From: Pontimonas sp.
GTDB lineage: Bacteria; Actinomycetota; Actinomycetes; Actinomycetales; Microbacteriaceae
Strand: one strand, 5' to 3'
NCBI RefSeq assembly: GCF_031580665.1
Contig: NZ_JAVLCD010000003.1
Length of the DNA: 64,000 nt
Below, piece after piece: positions 25,671 to 35,637 of this stretch (position 1 is its first letter; every line of letters begins with the position of its first letter). The notes beneath the pieces are model-generated. The model searched no databases, was not told where the DNA came from, and worked only from the letters and a program-made list of their open reading frames with translations. Both the position numbers and the translations under genes were made by a program.

Positions 25671-28600
25671 TTACACAGTGAGGGCGAGAAACCTTGGGTC
25701 GGGTGCCCCAAAGCGGTGGGCAGTAATCGATACGGCCTGCTCGCGCACAAACGGCAACATCTCCACCCGGCCCGACTGAGTCACGTCGTGATCCCACACG
25801 GCGACCGCGGGGTTTCCATCGAAGTGGACATACATCACGTTCGCGTTTCCTCCCAACAGGCGGATGCGCTCCGGTGGGTCGAGTCGCACACGCTCGACAA
25901 ACTGCAGCTCCGTCTCCACGTTGACCCCCACCAGTGCGGGGCGAGCGCCAGACGGTGTGGCCAGAACCTGCCGGATCGACTCGGGCAGAGCATCCGAGGA
26001 AGACAGATGAACTCGCGCACCCGCACGAAGACCGGCGAGGACGACGCGGAGAACATCGACTAGAGGCGTCAGCGACGAGGCCCGAACGACCGCCTCGTGG
26101 GCGCGGTAGCGAAAGACGTTTCGCTCCACCCCCACCTGGCTCACATCAACGCTCGCCCCAAAGTGGCGTTCATAGGCGTCCTGGTCAGCCCGCAGTGCCT
26201 GCGTGAGTGACTCCCGCTCGTCGGGGCTCAGCGTCTCGCCCGCCGCCTCGAGCACGTCGTGAAACTCTGGTGCGACCTCGACTGTGGGAGCGAGGGCCTG
26301 CGGATTGAGCTCACTCGAGCTCAGCGTGCCAAACCCGAAGAGGTAATTGGGCCCGCCCGCTTTCGCTGTTGGTCCCACACTCGATTTTTTCCAGCCGCCG
26401 AAGGGTTGCCGGCGCACAATAGCGCCGGTGATGCCCCTGTTCACGTACAGGTTTCCGCCGTCGACGTGATCGAGCCAGTAGCTCACCTCGTCGGGGTCGA
26501 GAGAGTGAATTCCCGCCGTCAAGCCATACTCGACCGCGTTTTGATACTCCACGGCATCCTTCAGAGTCTTTGCCGTCATCACCCCGAGGATCGGTCCGAA
26601 ATACTCCGTCTGGTGGAACGTACTACCCGGGGCAACACCCAAGCGAACACCCGGGGTCCACAACCGCTCGGTGTCATCCAATTGACGCGGCTCGCTCAAC
26701 CATTTCTCTCCCGGACCCAATTCGGTCAGTCCGGAGCGAAGCTTCGCCGCGGGGGGCTCGATGATCGGATTCATCGTCGTCTCGGGTTGCGACTGCGGCC
26801 AGCCCACTTCGAGGGTGTTCACCGCGTCTTCCAACTGTCGCCAGAACCGCTCCGACTGCGCGACCGAGCCGACCAGAATGACCAGCGACGCCGCCGAGCA
26901 TTTTTGGCCCGCGTGACCAAAGGCACTCTTCACCAAATCGGCAACCGCGAGATCGATGTCGGCACTCGGGGTGATGACCAGGGCATTTTTACCGCTCGTT
27001 TCAGCCAGTACGGGCAGATCCGCCCGCCAGCTTCGAAACAGAGCGGCCGTGTCAAAGCCACCGGTGAGAATGACCCGGTCGACCCCCTCGTGGGAAATGA
27101 GGGCTCGGCCCAGCTCGCCTTCGCTGACATCGACCAGGCGTAACACGTCGCGGGGGACACCGGCTGCCCACAAGGCTTCCACCATGACCGCCGCGCAGCG
27201 GCGGACCTGCGGTGCGGGTTTGATGATCACGGCACTGCCGGCGGCCAGCGCGGACGTGACCGAGCCGGTGGGAATCGCGACCGGGAAATTCCACGGCGGT
27301 GCCACCACGGTCAACCCCACGGGGCTAAAGCGCGCACCCTCCAGCTGTTCCATCTCCATCGCCTGAGAGGCGTAGTAGCGCGCAAAATCGATCGCTTCGC
27401 TGATTTCTGGATCGGACTCGGCCAGCGTCTTGCCCGCCTCCTGCATCATCACCGAGAGGATCTCACCGCGGCGCACGCCCAACTCGGCAGCGGCTTTGAC
27501 GAGAATCTTTGCGCGCGCTTCCGCGCCCTTCGCCGCCCATTTCTTGCCGCTTCGACGGGCACTCTCCACGATGGAGTCGATCTCAATGCGACCGTCGATG
27601 GTGCCCAGTTCGTCAGAAATCGCCCCCTCTGTGAGGGTCTCCCGTCCGGCTGCTTGGCCCTCAGCTGAGGCGGCGTGGCGATAGATTCCCCGCGCCCATT
27701 CCTGGTTGGCCGGCAACGCCAGGTCGGTATCCGGTTCGTTGTGAAACTCGGTGGGTGCGGCAAGAGTGCGCGGGCGCGTTTCGAGGGTGCGGTCTTGGGT
27801 TCTCGACGGGCTGGGCGATTTTTGCGTCATCGCCTCCAGCGATGCGCGAAAACGCGCCTCCTCCCGGGCGAACACGTCGGAGTGGTCGTGCAGGTCGAAG
27901 ACCGCCGACATGAAGTTTTCCGGGCTGGCATTTTCGTCGAGTCGGCGCACCAGGTAGCCGACGGCCGCGTCGAACTCGTGGGAGTGCACGACGGGGGTGT
28001 ACAGGATGAGTGGCCCGACGGTCTCTCGAACGGCGTCGGCCTGATCGGGGGCCATCCCCACCAGCATTTCAAAGTCGACGTGCTCGCGCACACCGCGCGA
28101 GGTCGCCAGAAGGTGTGAAAACGCGAGGTCAAACAGGTTGTGCCCGGCGACACCAATACGAATCGCCTTGGCCCGCTCCGGAGTGAGTGACCACTCCAAC
28201 ACCCTCTTGTAGTTGGTGTCTGATTCTTGCTTGCTGGGCAGAACCGCGACGGGCCAGTCGTGCAGGGCCGCATCGACCTGTTCCATTTGCAGGTTCGCGC
28301 CCTTCACCACCCGCACTTTCAGTTGCGCACCACCGGCGGCCACCCGGGCGATCGCGAATTTACTCAGTCGCTTCATCGCGTCCAGGGCTTCTGGCAAATA
28401 CGCCTGCATCACAATGCCGCCGTAGTAGTTGCGCAGACTGTCACGGTCGAGCACGCGTTGGAAGACATCCAGGGTCATCTCAAGGTCGCGATACTCCTCC
28501 ATGTCGAGGTTGATAAATGTCGGAGGGTTGGTTGCCGCCGCTTTTTCATAGAGCGGGACCAGTCGGTCCACCACCCGATCAACTGTGTGGTCGTAGCTCC

Positions 28601-29213
28601 ACATCGACAGCTGGGCGACGACCGAAGAAACCTTCACGCTGACGTAGGTGACGTCGGGTCGCGCGATGAGTCGCTCAATACCCTCGAAGCGTTTATTCGC
28701 TTCAGCGGCACCGAGCACCGCCTCACCCAACAGGTTGATGTTGAGTTGGTCGCCGCGTTTTGTCAGGCGCTTGAGGGTTCTCTCCAGTGACGCATCGGAG
28801 GCGTCGATGATGAGGTGGCCGATCAGTGTCTTGAGCGCCTTACGCGCAATGGGGACCACAATCACGGGAAAGACGGGAGCGAACCAGGCGCCTAGCCTCA
28901 GCAGCGAGCGCAGCACTCCGGTGAGAAATGCGGGCGGGTTTTTCCCCAACTCGCGAAGGGCTCTGGCCGCGACGCGTAAATCTTCGGGGCGAAGCACTCG
29001 ATCGACGAAACCGAGGGCGAACGCGGGGCCATCGGGATCTTTCAATAGGTCGGCCAGGCGTTGGGAACTGGCGTGGGGTTTTTTGTGCAGGACGGCGGCT
29101 CGATCAAGCCACGCTCCGACCAGTTCCACGCAGTCATCGGCGAGCGACTTTGCTCCGCGGACACCTTTGGTTGACGCTGCGGTTCGGGTGGGGCTATTCA
29201 GCGTGAGTGACAT
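25671..29213 (-). CDS. putA: Bifunctional proline dehydrogenase / L-glutamate gamma-semialdehyde (P5C) dehydrogenase
   Basis: About 1180 aa. N-terminal PRODH barrel followed by an ALDH domain (AFGHAGQKCSAAS catalytic Cys, EYFGP). Trimmed to ATG at 29213. Confidence 0.9.
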   Translation of the reverse strand: MSLTLNSPTRTAASTKGVRGAKSLADDCVELVGAWLDRAAVLHKKPHASSQRLADLLKDPDGPAFALGFVDRVLRPEDLRVAARALRELGKNPPAFLTGVLRSLLRLGAWFAPVFPVIVVPIARKALKTLIGHLIIDASDASLERTLKRLTKRGDQLNINLLGEAVLGAAEANKRFEGIERLIARPDVTYVSVKVSSVVAQLSMWSYDHTVDRVVDRLVPLYEKAAATNPPTFINLDMEEYRDLEMTLDVFQRVLDRDSLRNYYGGIVMQAYLPEALDAMKRLSKFAIARVAAGGAQLKVRVVKGANLQMEQVDAALHDWPVAVLPSKQESDTNYKRVLEWSLTPERAKAIRIGVAGHNLFDLAFSHLLATSRGVREHVDFEMLVGMAPDQADAVRETVGPLILYTPVVHSHEFDAAVGYLVRRLDENASPENFMSAVFDLHDHSDVFAREEARFRASLEAMTQKSPSPSRTQDRTLETRPRTLAAPTEFHNEPDTDLALPANQEWARGIYRHAASAEGQAAGRETLTEGAISDELGTIDGRIEIDSIVESARRSGKKWAAKGAEARAKILVKAAAELGVRRGEILSVMMQEAGKTLAESDPEISEAIDFARYYASQAMEMEQLEGARFSPVGLTVVAPPWNFPVAIPTGSVTSALAAGSAVIIKPAPQVRRCAAVMVEALWAAGVPRDVLRLVDVSEGELGRALISHEGVDRVILTGGFDTAALFRSWRADLPVLAETSGKNALVITPSADIDLAVADLVKSAFGHAGQKCSAASLVILVGSVAQSERFWRQLEDAVNTLEVGWPQSQPETTMNPIIEPPAAKLRSGLTELGPGEKWLSEPRQLDDTERLWTPGVRLGVAPGSTFHQTEYFGPILGVMTAKTLKDAVEYQNAVEYGLTAGIHSLDPDEVSYWLDHVDGGNLYVNRGITGAIVRRQPFGGWKKSSVGPTAKAGGPNYLFGFGTLSSSELNPQALAPTVEVAPEFHDVLEAAGETLSPDERESLTQALRADQDAYERHFGASVDVSQVGVERNVFRYRAHEAVVRASSLTPLVDVLRVVLAGLRAGARVHLSSSDALPESIRQVLATPSGARPALVGVNVETELQFVERVRLDPPERIRLLGGNANVMYVHFDGNPAVAVWDHDVTQSGRVEMLPFVREQAVSITAHRFGAPDPRFLALTV

Positions 29214-29282
29214 ACCTCGAGGGTAGATGGTTGCCAGGCTTTTGGCATCACGACAGCCTGAGTGTGCTCGTACACTGTGGGG

Positions 29283-30863
29283 ATGCCAGAACCTCTCCCC
29301 TCTTCGGCCGATGTGGTCGTAGTGGGTGGGGGTCACAACGGCCTCGCGGCAGCGGCCTACCTTGCCCAAGCCGGCTACGACGTCGTCGTTCTCGAGCGCG
29401 GATCGGTCGTCGGCGGAGCGGCCATTTCGGCCCAAGCATTTGACGGGGTCGACGCGCAACTATCGCGCTATTCGTATTTGGTGAGCCTGATGCCCGAGCG
29501 CATCCGCTCAGATCTCGCGCTGCCCATCCAGCTCATTCGCCGGCGCTACTCGTCGTACACCCCGGTTCCGGGAGAGACGACGGGCCTACTCATCGACGCA
29601 GAGGACGCCCAGCGCACGAAGGCATCGTTCGACGAGATCGGCGCCAGTTCGGACTATGACCGCTGGGTCGAGTTTTATCGGGATACGGAGATTCTCGCCC
29701 AGACGCTGTTTCCCACCATGACCGATCCGCTGCTGCGCGAATCGGAAGTGAAGTCGCTGCTGGAGACGCGCGGCCCGGGTCGGAGGCTGTGGGAGCGCTT
29801 TTTTGACACCCCTATTCGCCGGCTGGTCCATGAGACCTTCGAGCACGACATTGTGCGCGGCGTGGTCCTCACCGATGCGCTCATTGGGACATTTCCCGAT
29901 TCAGACGATGACGCCTCGCTGGGAGCCTGTTTTCTCTACCACGTCATTGGTGGCGGCACGGGTGACTGGGATGTCCCCGTGGGCGGAATGGGAGCTGTCA
30001 GTGGAAGCCTGGAGCGTGCCGCGCGAAATGCCGGCGCGAAGATTGTGACCGATGCTGTGGTGAGCGCCATCACCGACGAACCCGCAGTGGAGTTCGACCA
30101 CGGGGGCTCTTCGCACCGAATGACCTCGCGACTGGTGGTCTCTGGGATCTCTCGCGACGACACCTGGCGACTCGCCGGTGTGGCGCCTCGTGCGTCGACG
30201 ATCGAGGGCGCTCAGGTCAAAGTGAACCTTCTGCTGGCCAGACTGCCCCGGCTGAACAACCCCGATGTGAGCGCCGAAGAAGCTTTTGGGGGGACCTTTC
30301 ACATCAACGAATCCGGCAGTCAGTTGGACGAGACCATCGCCCAGGCCCAGGCGGGAGAAATTCCCGAGCCGATCCCCTGTGAGGTGTATTGCCATTCGCT
30401 GAGCGACCGCAGCATCCTCGGCGAGGGCCTTCGGGAGAGTACGGCTCAGACCCTGACCGTCTTTGCCCTCAACGTGCCCCACCGGCTCATTGCCGAGAGT
30501 GATCCCGACTCGATTCGCGAGGAACTCCAGGAGCGCGTCCTTCGCTCACTGCAGAGTGTGCTGGCGGAGCCGCTCGACGACTGCCTTCTTCGAGACGCCA
30601 ACGGCCAGCTGTGTATCGAGACGAAGACGACGCTCGATCTGGAAAAAACACTGGGTCTGCCGGGGGGAAATATTTTTCACGAGCCACTCGGCTGGCCGTT
30701 TGTCCCCGATAGTGCCCCGCTGGATTCGCCCGCTGAGCGCTGGGGCGTGGACTCGGGCAGTGCCCACATCCTCCTCGCGGGCTCGAGTGCCCGGCGAGGA
30801 GGCGGAGTCAGCGCCATTGGTGGGCACAATGCCGCGATGGCGGCATTAGAACTTTTGGCCTGA
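29283..30863 (+). CDS. NAD(P)/FAD-dependent oxidoreductase (phytoene-desaturase/CrtI-like family)
   Basis: N-terminal dinucleotide fold VVVVGGGHNGLAAAAYLAQAGYDVVVLE. The start may instead be 29262. Confidence 0.75.
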   Translation: MPEPLPSSADVVVVGGGHNGLAAAAYLAQAGYDVVVLERGSVVGGAAISAQAFDGVDAQLSRYSYLVSLMPERIRSDLALPIQLIRRRYSSYTPVPGETTGLLIDAEDAQRTKASFDEIGASSDYDRWVEFYRDTEILAQTLFPTMTDPLLRESEVKSLLETRGPGRRLWERFFDTPIRRLVHETFEHDIVRGVVLTDALIGTFPDSDDDASLGACFLYHVIGGGTGDWDVPVGGMGAVSGSLERAARNAGAKIVTDAVVSAITDEPAVEFDHGGSSHRMTSRLVVSGISRDDTWRLAGVAPRASTIEGAQVKVNLLLARLPRLNNPDVSAEEAFGGTFHINESGSQLDETIAQAQAGEIPEPIPCEVYCHSLSDRSILGEGLRESTAQTLTVFALNVPHRLIAESDPDSIREELQERVLRSLQSVLAEPLDDCLLRDANGQLCIETKTTLDLEKTLGLPGGNIFHEPLGWPFVPDSAPLDSPAERWGVDSGSAHILLAGSSARRGGGVSAIGGHNAAMAALELLA

Positions 30864-30900
30864 CCGACACCACAATGGCCGTCAGGCCGTCAGTTGGCGG

Positions 30901-31251
30901 TTAAAAGTCGTCCATGTCGAAGCCGTTCATTCCCAAGCCACCGAGTTCGCCACCGAGGCTCACGATCAGGGCCGTCCAGCCGACAATGGCCAACACGATG
31001 AGCACCAGCAGTGTCGCACTGACCGCGACGGCGACCTTGGCGGGGACGTTTGATCGTCCCACTTTGTTCGACCAGACCCAGGCAATGATTCCCATAATCA
31101 GGGCCGGAATTTGGGAGAAGAAGGAGAGGACGAGGGCGACAACACCGAGTGTCCTCCCGGGGTATTCGGCCCACTCCTCGGTACTGGGCGAGGAGGTGTG
31201 GTCGAGTTCTGCCTCACCATTGGTCTGTTCAGCCATCATGTTTCCCTTCAC
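30901..31251 (-). CDS. Small membrane protein (DUF4190-like)
   Basis: Acidic N-terminus followed by two TM helices. The family call is tentative. Confidence 0.5.
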   Translation of the reverse strand: MKGNMMAEQTNGEAELDHTSSPSTEEWAEYPGRTLGVVALVLSFFSQIPALIMGIIAWVWSNKVGRSNVPAKVAVAVSATLLVLIVLAIVGWTALIVSLGGELGGLGMNGFDMDDF

Positions 31252-31392
31252 ACACTGTTTGCCGGCGCGGGTTTACGCGGCGATACGCCCACGCTAACGG
31301 CCGCGTCAATGGGTGGACTGTGAGCACTCTGGTGGGTTCCTATGAAGTTTCTATGTTCACGGCTTGTCGCCCGGTGGCCCAAGATAGAGGGT

Positions 31393-32415
31393 ATGCGCTT
31401 TGGAATTCTCACCAGCGGGGGCGACGCCCCCGGGTTAAACGCCGTCATCCGCGGAGCAGTGCTCGCCGGGGAGCGGACCGCCGGACACACGTTTGTGGGC
31501 TTTCGAAACGGCTGGCAGGGAGTGATCGAAGACGACACGATGCCGCTCAGTCGCCATCAGGTCAAGGGTATTAACAAACTCGGCGGAACCATCATCGGCA
31601 CCAGCCGGACCAACCCCTACGACGGCGGAGGCGCCGCCCGGGTCACAGAAGTTCTCGCCAAAAACGACGTCGACGCCCTGATCGTTGTCGGCGGTGAAGG
31701 CAGCCTCGCCGGTGCACAAGAGCTCTACACAGACGGCCTGCCGATTATTGGGGTTCCAAAAACAATCGACAACGACCTGGGCGGCACCGACTACACCTTC
31801 GGCTTCGACACCGCAGTGGGTATCGCGACCGAAGCGATGGATCGGCTGCGCACCACCGGTGAGTCCCACTCTCGCTGCATGGTCGCCGAAGTGATGGGTC
31901 GCCACGTGGGTTGGATTGCCCTGCATTCGGGACTGGCTGTCGGAGCCCACCTCATCCTCATTCCCGAGCGCAAAACCTCGTTGGACGAAATCACCCACTT
32001 CGTCAAAAGCGCGTATGAGCGCGGACGGGCACCGCTCGTGGTCGTGGCCGAGGGTTTCCAGTTGGCCTCGATGGACACGGTTCACTCAGAGTTGGGCGTC
32101 GATGAAGCCGGCCGGCCGCGCTTGGGCGGAATTGGCACGCTGCTGGCTCCACTGATCGACGAGGCGACGGGAATTGAAACCCGGGCCACCACCCTCGGAC
32201 ACATCCAGCGCGGGGGAACCCCGAGTGCGTTTGATCGAGTACTGGCCACTCGCTTCGGGATGGCCGCCGTACACGCCGCCGAAGCCGGACAGTGGGGAAA
32301 AATGGTCTCCATGCGCGGAACCGACATCGTCGTCGTCGGCCTCGACGAGGCGGTGGGTTCACTCAAAGAAGTGCCACCAGAGCGCTACGACGAAGCCGCG
32401 CTACTCTTCGGCTAG
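31393..32415 (+). CDS. pfkA: 6-phosphofructokinase
   Basis: MRFGILTSGGDAPGLNAVIRG..., VVGGEGSL, PKTIDNDL, MGRHVGWIA. Trimmed to ATG at 31393. Confidence 0.9.
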   Translation: MRFGILTSGGDAPGLNAVIRGAVLAGERTAGHTFVGFRNGWQGVIEDDTMPLSRHQVKGINKLGGTIIGTSRTNPYDGGGAARVTEVLAKNDVDALIVVGGEGSLAGAQELYTDGLPIIGVPKTIDNDLGGTDYTFGFDTAVGIATEAMDRLRTTGESHSRCMVAEVMGRHVGWIALHSGLAVGAHLILIPERKTSLDEITHFVKSAYERGRAPLVVVAEGFQLASMDTVHSELGVDEAGRPRLGGIGTLLAPLIDEATGIETRATTLGHIQRGGTPSAFDRVLATRFGMAAVHAAEAGQWGKMVSMRGTDIVVVGLDEAVGSLKEVPPERYDEAALLFG

Positions 32416-32460
32416 AGGGCCACAGGCCCACCCGGCCCCGCAGGGCAGAGTCGGGAATCA

Positions 32461-32499
32461 GCGTCCGGAGTGAGCGACCGGAGTGAGCGTCCGGAGTCA
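32461..32499. repeat. 13-bp tandem repeat x3 (gcgtccggagtga / gcgaccggagtga / gcgtccggagtca)
   Basis: Read directly. It sits in the convergent intergenic region between pfkA and the DUF3618-like gene. Confidence 0.85.
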
Positions 32500-32516
32500 G
32501 TTGCGACCAGGCGTCA

Positions 32517-32750
32517 TCAGTCGGCGTCGTCACTGATGAGCGCCCAGGTGACCAATCCAGCGACCGCCGCGAGTCCGACCGCTGCGCCGACCGCCCAGGC
32601 CACTGGGTGACGTGCGGCGGACTGCCGGGCCAGGCTGTAGCCCACCGAGGCCAGGTGTCCGGGGGCAAAGCGGTGCTCGAGGGTATCGAGGGACTCCCCG
32701 ACGTGGTTTCTCGCCCGTTCGACCCGTCGCTGTTCGTGTTCAAGCGCCAC
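32517..32750 (-). CDS. DUF3618-like small membrane-anchored protein
   Basis: Coiled N-terminal region plus a C-terminal TM segment (WAVGAAVGLAAVAGLVTWALI). GTG at 32750 overlaps the upstream gene by 11 nt. Start is tentative. Confidence 0.55.
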   Translation of the reverse strand: MALEHEQRRVERARNHVGESLDTLEHRFAPGHLASVGYSLARQSAARHPVAWAVGAAVGLAAVAGLVTWALISDDAD

Positions 32751-33183
32751 GGCGAGACTTCCTCGACTTCGCGACTTTGTCGCCGCGAATTCGGGCGATG
32801 TCCTCGCGGACACTCGCGATTGTGCGCTCCGGCACCGGCGCTTTCGTGCGAGACAGCAGCGCCGCACCAATGGCCAACATCACGAGCGCCAGGACCAGCA
32901 CGGCGCCCGCCACAATCAACACGGCCGCCCACGCCGGAACGACGAGGCTCAGCGCGAGAATGCCCGCCACCGCGAGCAGGGTGAGCACGACGCTCAGTAG
33001 CGAAATCGCCACCGCGATGAGACCCAGTCCAATGCCGGTTCCCTTGAGCTTGTAGAGGAGCTCGGCTTTCAGCAGGTCAATTTCGGCCCGAATGAGCTGA
33101 GCCAGCAGGTGCGGCAACTCCGTAATCAGCGCGAAGACTGAACGCTTCGACTCCCGGGAGGAATCCTGCTGGTGATCCGACAC
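32740..33183 (-). CDS. 'Holin-X'/phage-holin-family-like membrane protein (actinobacterial, not prophage-associated here)
   Basis: LITELPHLLAQLIRAEIDLLKAEL amphipathic helix followed by two long TM segments. Confidence 0.6.
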   Translation of the reverse strand: MSDHQQDSSRESKRSVFALITELPHLLAQLIRAEIDLLKAELLYKLKGTGIGLGLIAVAISLLSVVLTLLAVAGILALSLVVPAWAAVLIVAGAVLVLALVMLAIGAALLSRTKAPVPERTIASVREDIARIRGDKVAKSRKSRRGA

Positions 33184-33447
33184 TTATTCTCCTGCGCCAG
33201 GTTTTTTCGGTCGACGCTCGCGCACCTGGTCGGCGAGTTTGCGCGTGGTCACCTCGACGCGCTCAACGACCTCCGGCGCGGCACCGCGGACGTAGTCTTC
33301 AGCGCGCTGAACCTGGGTTCGCACCTGAGGGTTCGTCCAGAGCTTTTCCGCGCTGGCACGCAGCTGTTCGTAGCGCTCTCGTCCAGCGCGGGTGCCCAGG
33401 ACATAGCCCAGTCCGAGCCCCACGAGGAACATCACTTTTGACTTCAC
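33184..33447 (-). CDS. YtxH-domain-like small protein
   Basis: N-terminal FLVGLGLGYVLGTRAGRERYEQL signature. Its stop abuts the start of the next gene. Confidence 0.6.
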   Translation of the reverse strand: MKSKVMFLVGLGLGYVLGTRAGRERYEQLRASAEKLWTNPQVRTQVQRAEDYVRGAAPEVVERVEVTTRKLADQVRERRPKKPGAGE

Positions 33448-33524
33448 AACACCACTTCCTTTTTTTGTATTCCCCAGACGGCATAAATACCGTCCGGCCC
33501 CAGGTTAACCCGAAAACGTTGGGT

Positions 33525-35513
33525 TCACCAGATGGTGACCCGCTTTTCGGGCTCCAACCAGAGCGGGCTGTCTGGACCCAGGTCGAACGCCTCGTAAAAC
33601 TCGTCGAGGTTGCGCACGATTTGATTACACCGAAACTCTGCCGGCGAATGCGGGTCGATCTGGAGGAGCCTTTTTGCTTCCTCGTCCCGGGCGGCCAACC
33701 GCCACGACTGTGCCCAGGCAATGAAGAAACGCCTCGCCGCGCTCACGCCATCCACCACCGGCGGCGACTGCCCATCCAGCGACAACAGGTAGGCCTTCCA
33801 GGCAATGCCCAGACCCCCCAGGTCGCCGATGTTCTCGCCCAGGGTGAGCTCGCCGTTGACCCGGTGGCCCGGCAACTGGCGCGGCTCCAGCAGCGAATAC
33901 TGCTCCACCAAGTCTCTGGTGAGCGAGTCGAAGCGCTCCCGATCTTCCGGTGTCCACCAGTCCGCCAGTCGGCCCTGACCGTCAAAGCGCGAGCCTTGAT
34001 CGTCAAAGCCGTGTCCGATTTCGTGGCCAATGACAGCGCCGATCGCGCCGTAATTGGCGGCGGCATCACGCTCGGGATCAAAAAACGGATACTGCAGGAT
34101 GGCGGCGGGAAAGACGATTTCGTTAAAGCCCGGGTTGTAGTAGGCATTCACCGTCTGGGGGGTCATGAACCATTCATCTCGGTCTAACGGGCGGCCCAGT
34201 TTGCCAAGCTCCCGCTGAAACTCGAATTCGGCGCTCGCCTCCAGGTTCCCAATCAGGTCATCGGCGGCAATGCGCAGTGCGGAATAGTCCCGCCACTTCT
34301 CCGGGTAACCGACCTTCGGGTTAAACGTCTCGAGCTTTTCCAGCGCCCGAGCTTTGGTGCCATCGGACATCCACTCCAAGTCGGTGATGCTCTGGCGGTA
34401 GGCCTCCATCAGGTAACCCACGAGCTCATCCATCTGGGCTTTCGCCTCGGGCGGGAAGTGTTTTTCGACGTAGAGCTTGCCGACCGCTTCACCCAACACC
34501 GATTCGACAAATCCCACACCGCGCTTCCAGCGCGCACGAAGCTCCGGCGTTCCACTGAGTGTCCGACCAAAGAACGCGAAGTGCGCGTCGACCAGGTCCG
34601 CACTGAGGTAACCAGACAGCGAGCGAATCACCTGCCAGGACATCCAGTCGGCGAGGGCATCCGCGTCCAACTCCTGCCATAACTGCGGCCAGGCCTGAAC
34701 GGCTGAGGGCTGTCGAAGCACCACTTCGTCGACCACCGAGGCCTCCACACCCAGCGTGCGAAGCCACGAATCGAGGTCAAAACCGGCGGTCATCGACCGC
34801 CACGAGTCCAAGCTCGTGAGGTTGTAAGTCGCCACAGCGTCCCGGCAGCGCACCTGATCCCAGTGGGTCGAGGCGATCCGGGTTTCGACATCCATCACAC
34901 GCCCGGCAAACCGTGTGGGCTCTGCAAGCCCCAGGATGCCCGCAACACTCTCGAGGTGCGACACAAACGCCTCGCGCAGTGGGCCGAACTGCTCTTCGCG
35001 GTAGTAGGACTCATCGGGCAGGGTGATTCCCCCCTGTTCGACAAAAGCGATGTAGCGCTCGGGGTTTCCGGGATCGTTATCGATAAACATCTGCCACAGC
35101 CCCCCGACACCTCGGCGTTCGTGCTGGGCCATCACGCGAATGAGTTCCGCTTTATCGCCGCGAGCGCGGTCGATGGTCTGCAGTCGCTCGTGTATCGGTT
35201 GATGCCCCCTGGCCTCCACCGCCTCTTCGTCCATAAAACTCGTGTAGGCGTCGCCGACGGCACGCTCGAGGGTGCCCTCGGGTGCGCTCTGAGCCTGCTC
35301 GATGATGGCGCGGACGTTGCGCTCGGCCCGTTCCGCCAAAATGCTAAACGCCCCGTACATCGACTTGTCCGCCGGAATGGGGTGGGCCTCGAGCCAGCGT
35401 TCGTTGACGTGTCGAAACAGATCCTCGCCGGGGCCGATCTCCGGGTGTAGTCCGGCGAGTTCGAGACCACTGGCCTCCGAAACACTAAACGGGGAAGAAG
35501 ACTGGGTATTCAC
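33525..35513 (-). CDS. M13 family zinc metallopeptidase (PepO / endothelin-converting-enzyme-like)
   Basis: HEIGHGFDD zinc motif, NAYYNP, and GENIGDLGG with the third zinc-ligand glutamate. Start at GTG 35513 gives about 662 aa. Alternative GTG at 35573. Confidence 0.9.
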   Translation of the reverse strand: MNTQSSSPFSVSEASGLELAGLHPEIGPGEDLFRHVNERWLEAHPIPADKSMYGAFSILAERAERNVRAIIEQAQSAPEGTLERAVGDAYTSFMDEEAVEARGHQPIHERLQTIDRARGDKAELIRVMAQHERRGVGGLWQMFIDNDPGNPERYIAFVEQGGITLPDESYYREEQFGPLREAFVSHLESVAGILGLAEPTRFAGRVMDVETRIASTHWDQVRCRDAVATYNLTSLDSWRSMTAGFDLDSWLRTLGVEASVVDEVVLRQPSAVQAWPQLWQELDADALADWMSWQVIRSLSGYLSADLVDAHFAFFGRTLSGTPELRARWKRGVGFVESVLGEAVGKLYVEKHFPPEAKAQMDELVGYLMEAYRQSITDLEWMSDGTKARALEKLETFNPKVGYPEKWRDYSALRIAADDLIGNLEASAEFEFQRELGKLGRPLDRDEWFMTPQTVNAYYNPGFNEIVFPAAILQYPFFDPERDAAANYGAIGAVIGHEIGHGFDDQGSRFDGQGRLADWWTPEDRERFDSLTRDLVEQYSLLEPRQLPGHRVNGELTLGENIGDLGGLGIAWKAYLLSLDGQSPPVVDGVSAARRFFIAWAQSWRLAARDEEAKRLLQIDPHSPAEFRCNQIVRNLDEFYEAFDLGPDSPLWLEPEKRVTIW

Positions 35514-35637
35514 CCCGCACAGCTTACGTCCCACGCCTTGTAGGCCGCTGGGCCAACGAGCATCACCGTGCACCAGAACACACCGGGGGCGAGTCGGCGT
35601 GCCCGCTGTCTATCCCTGGTCCCGGTAGCGTGGGTCG

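Noticed and set aside
32740-33183. 'Phage holin' as evidence for a prophage or lysis cassette.
   Set aside because: There is no endolysin and there are no capsid, tail, terminase or integrase genes within 10 kb. The gene sits in a conserved three-gene chromosomal module.
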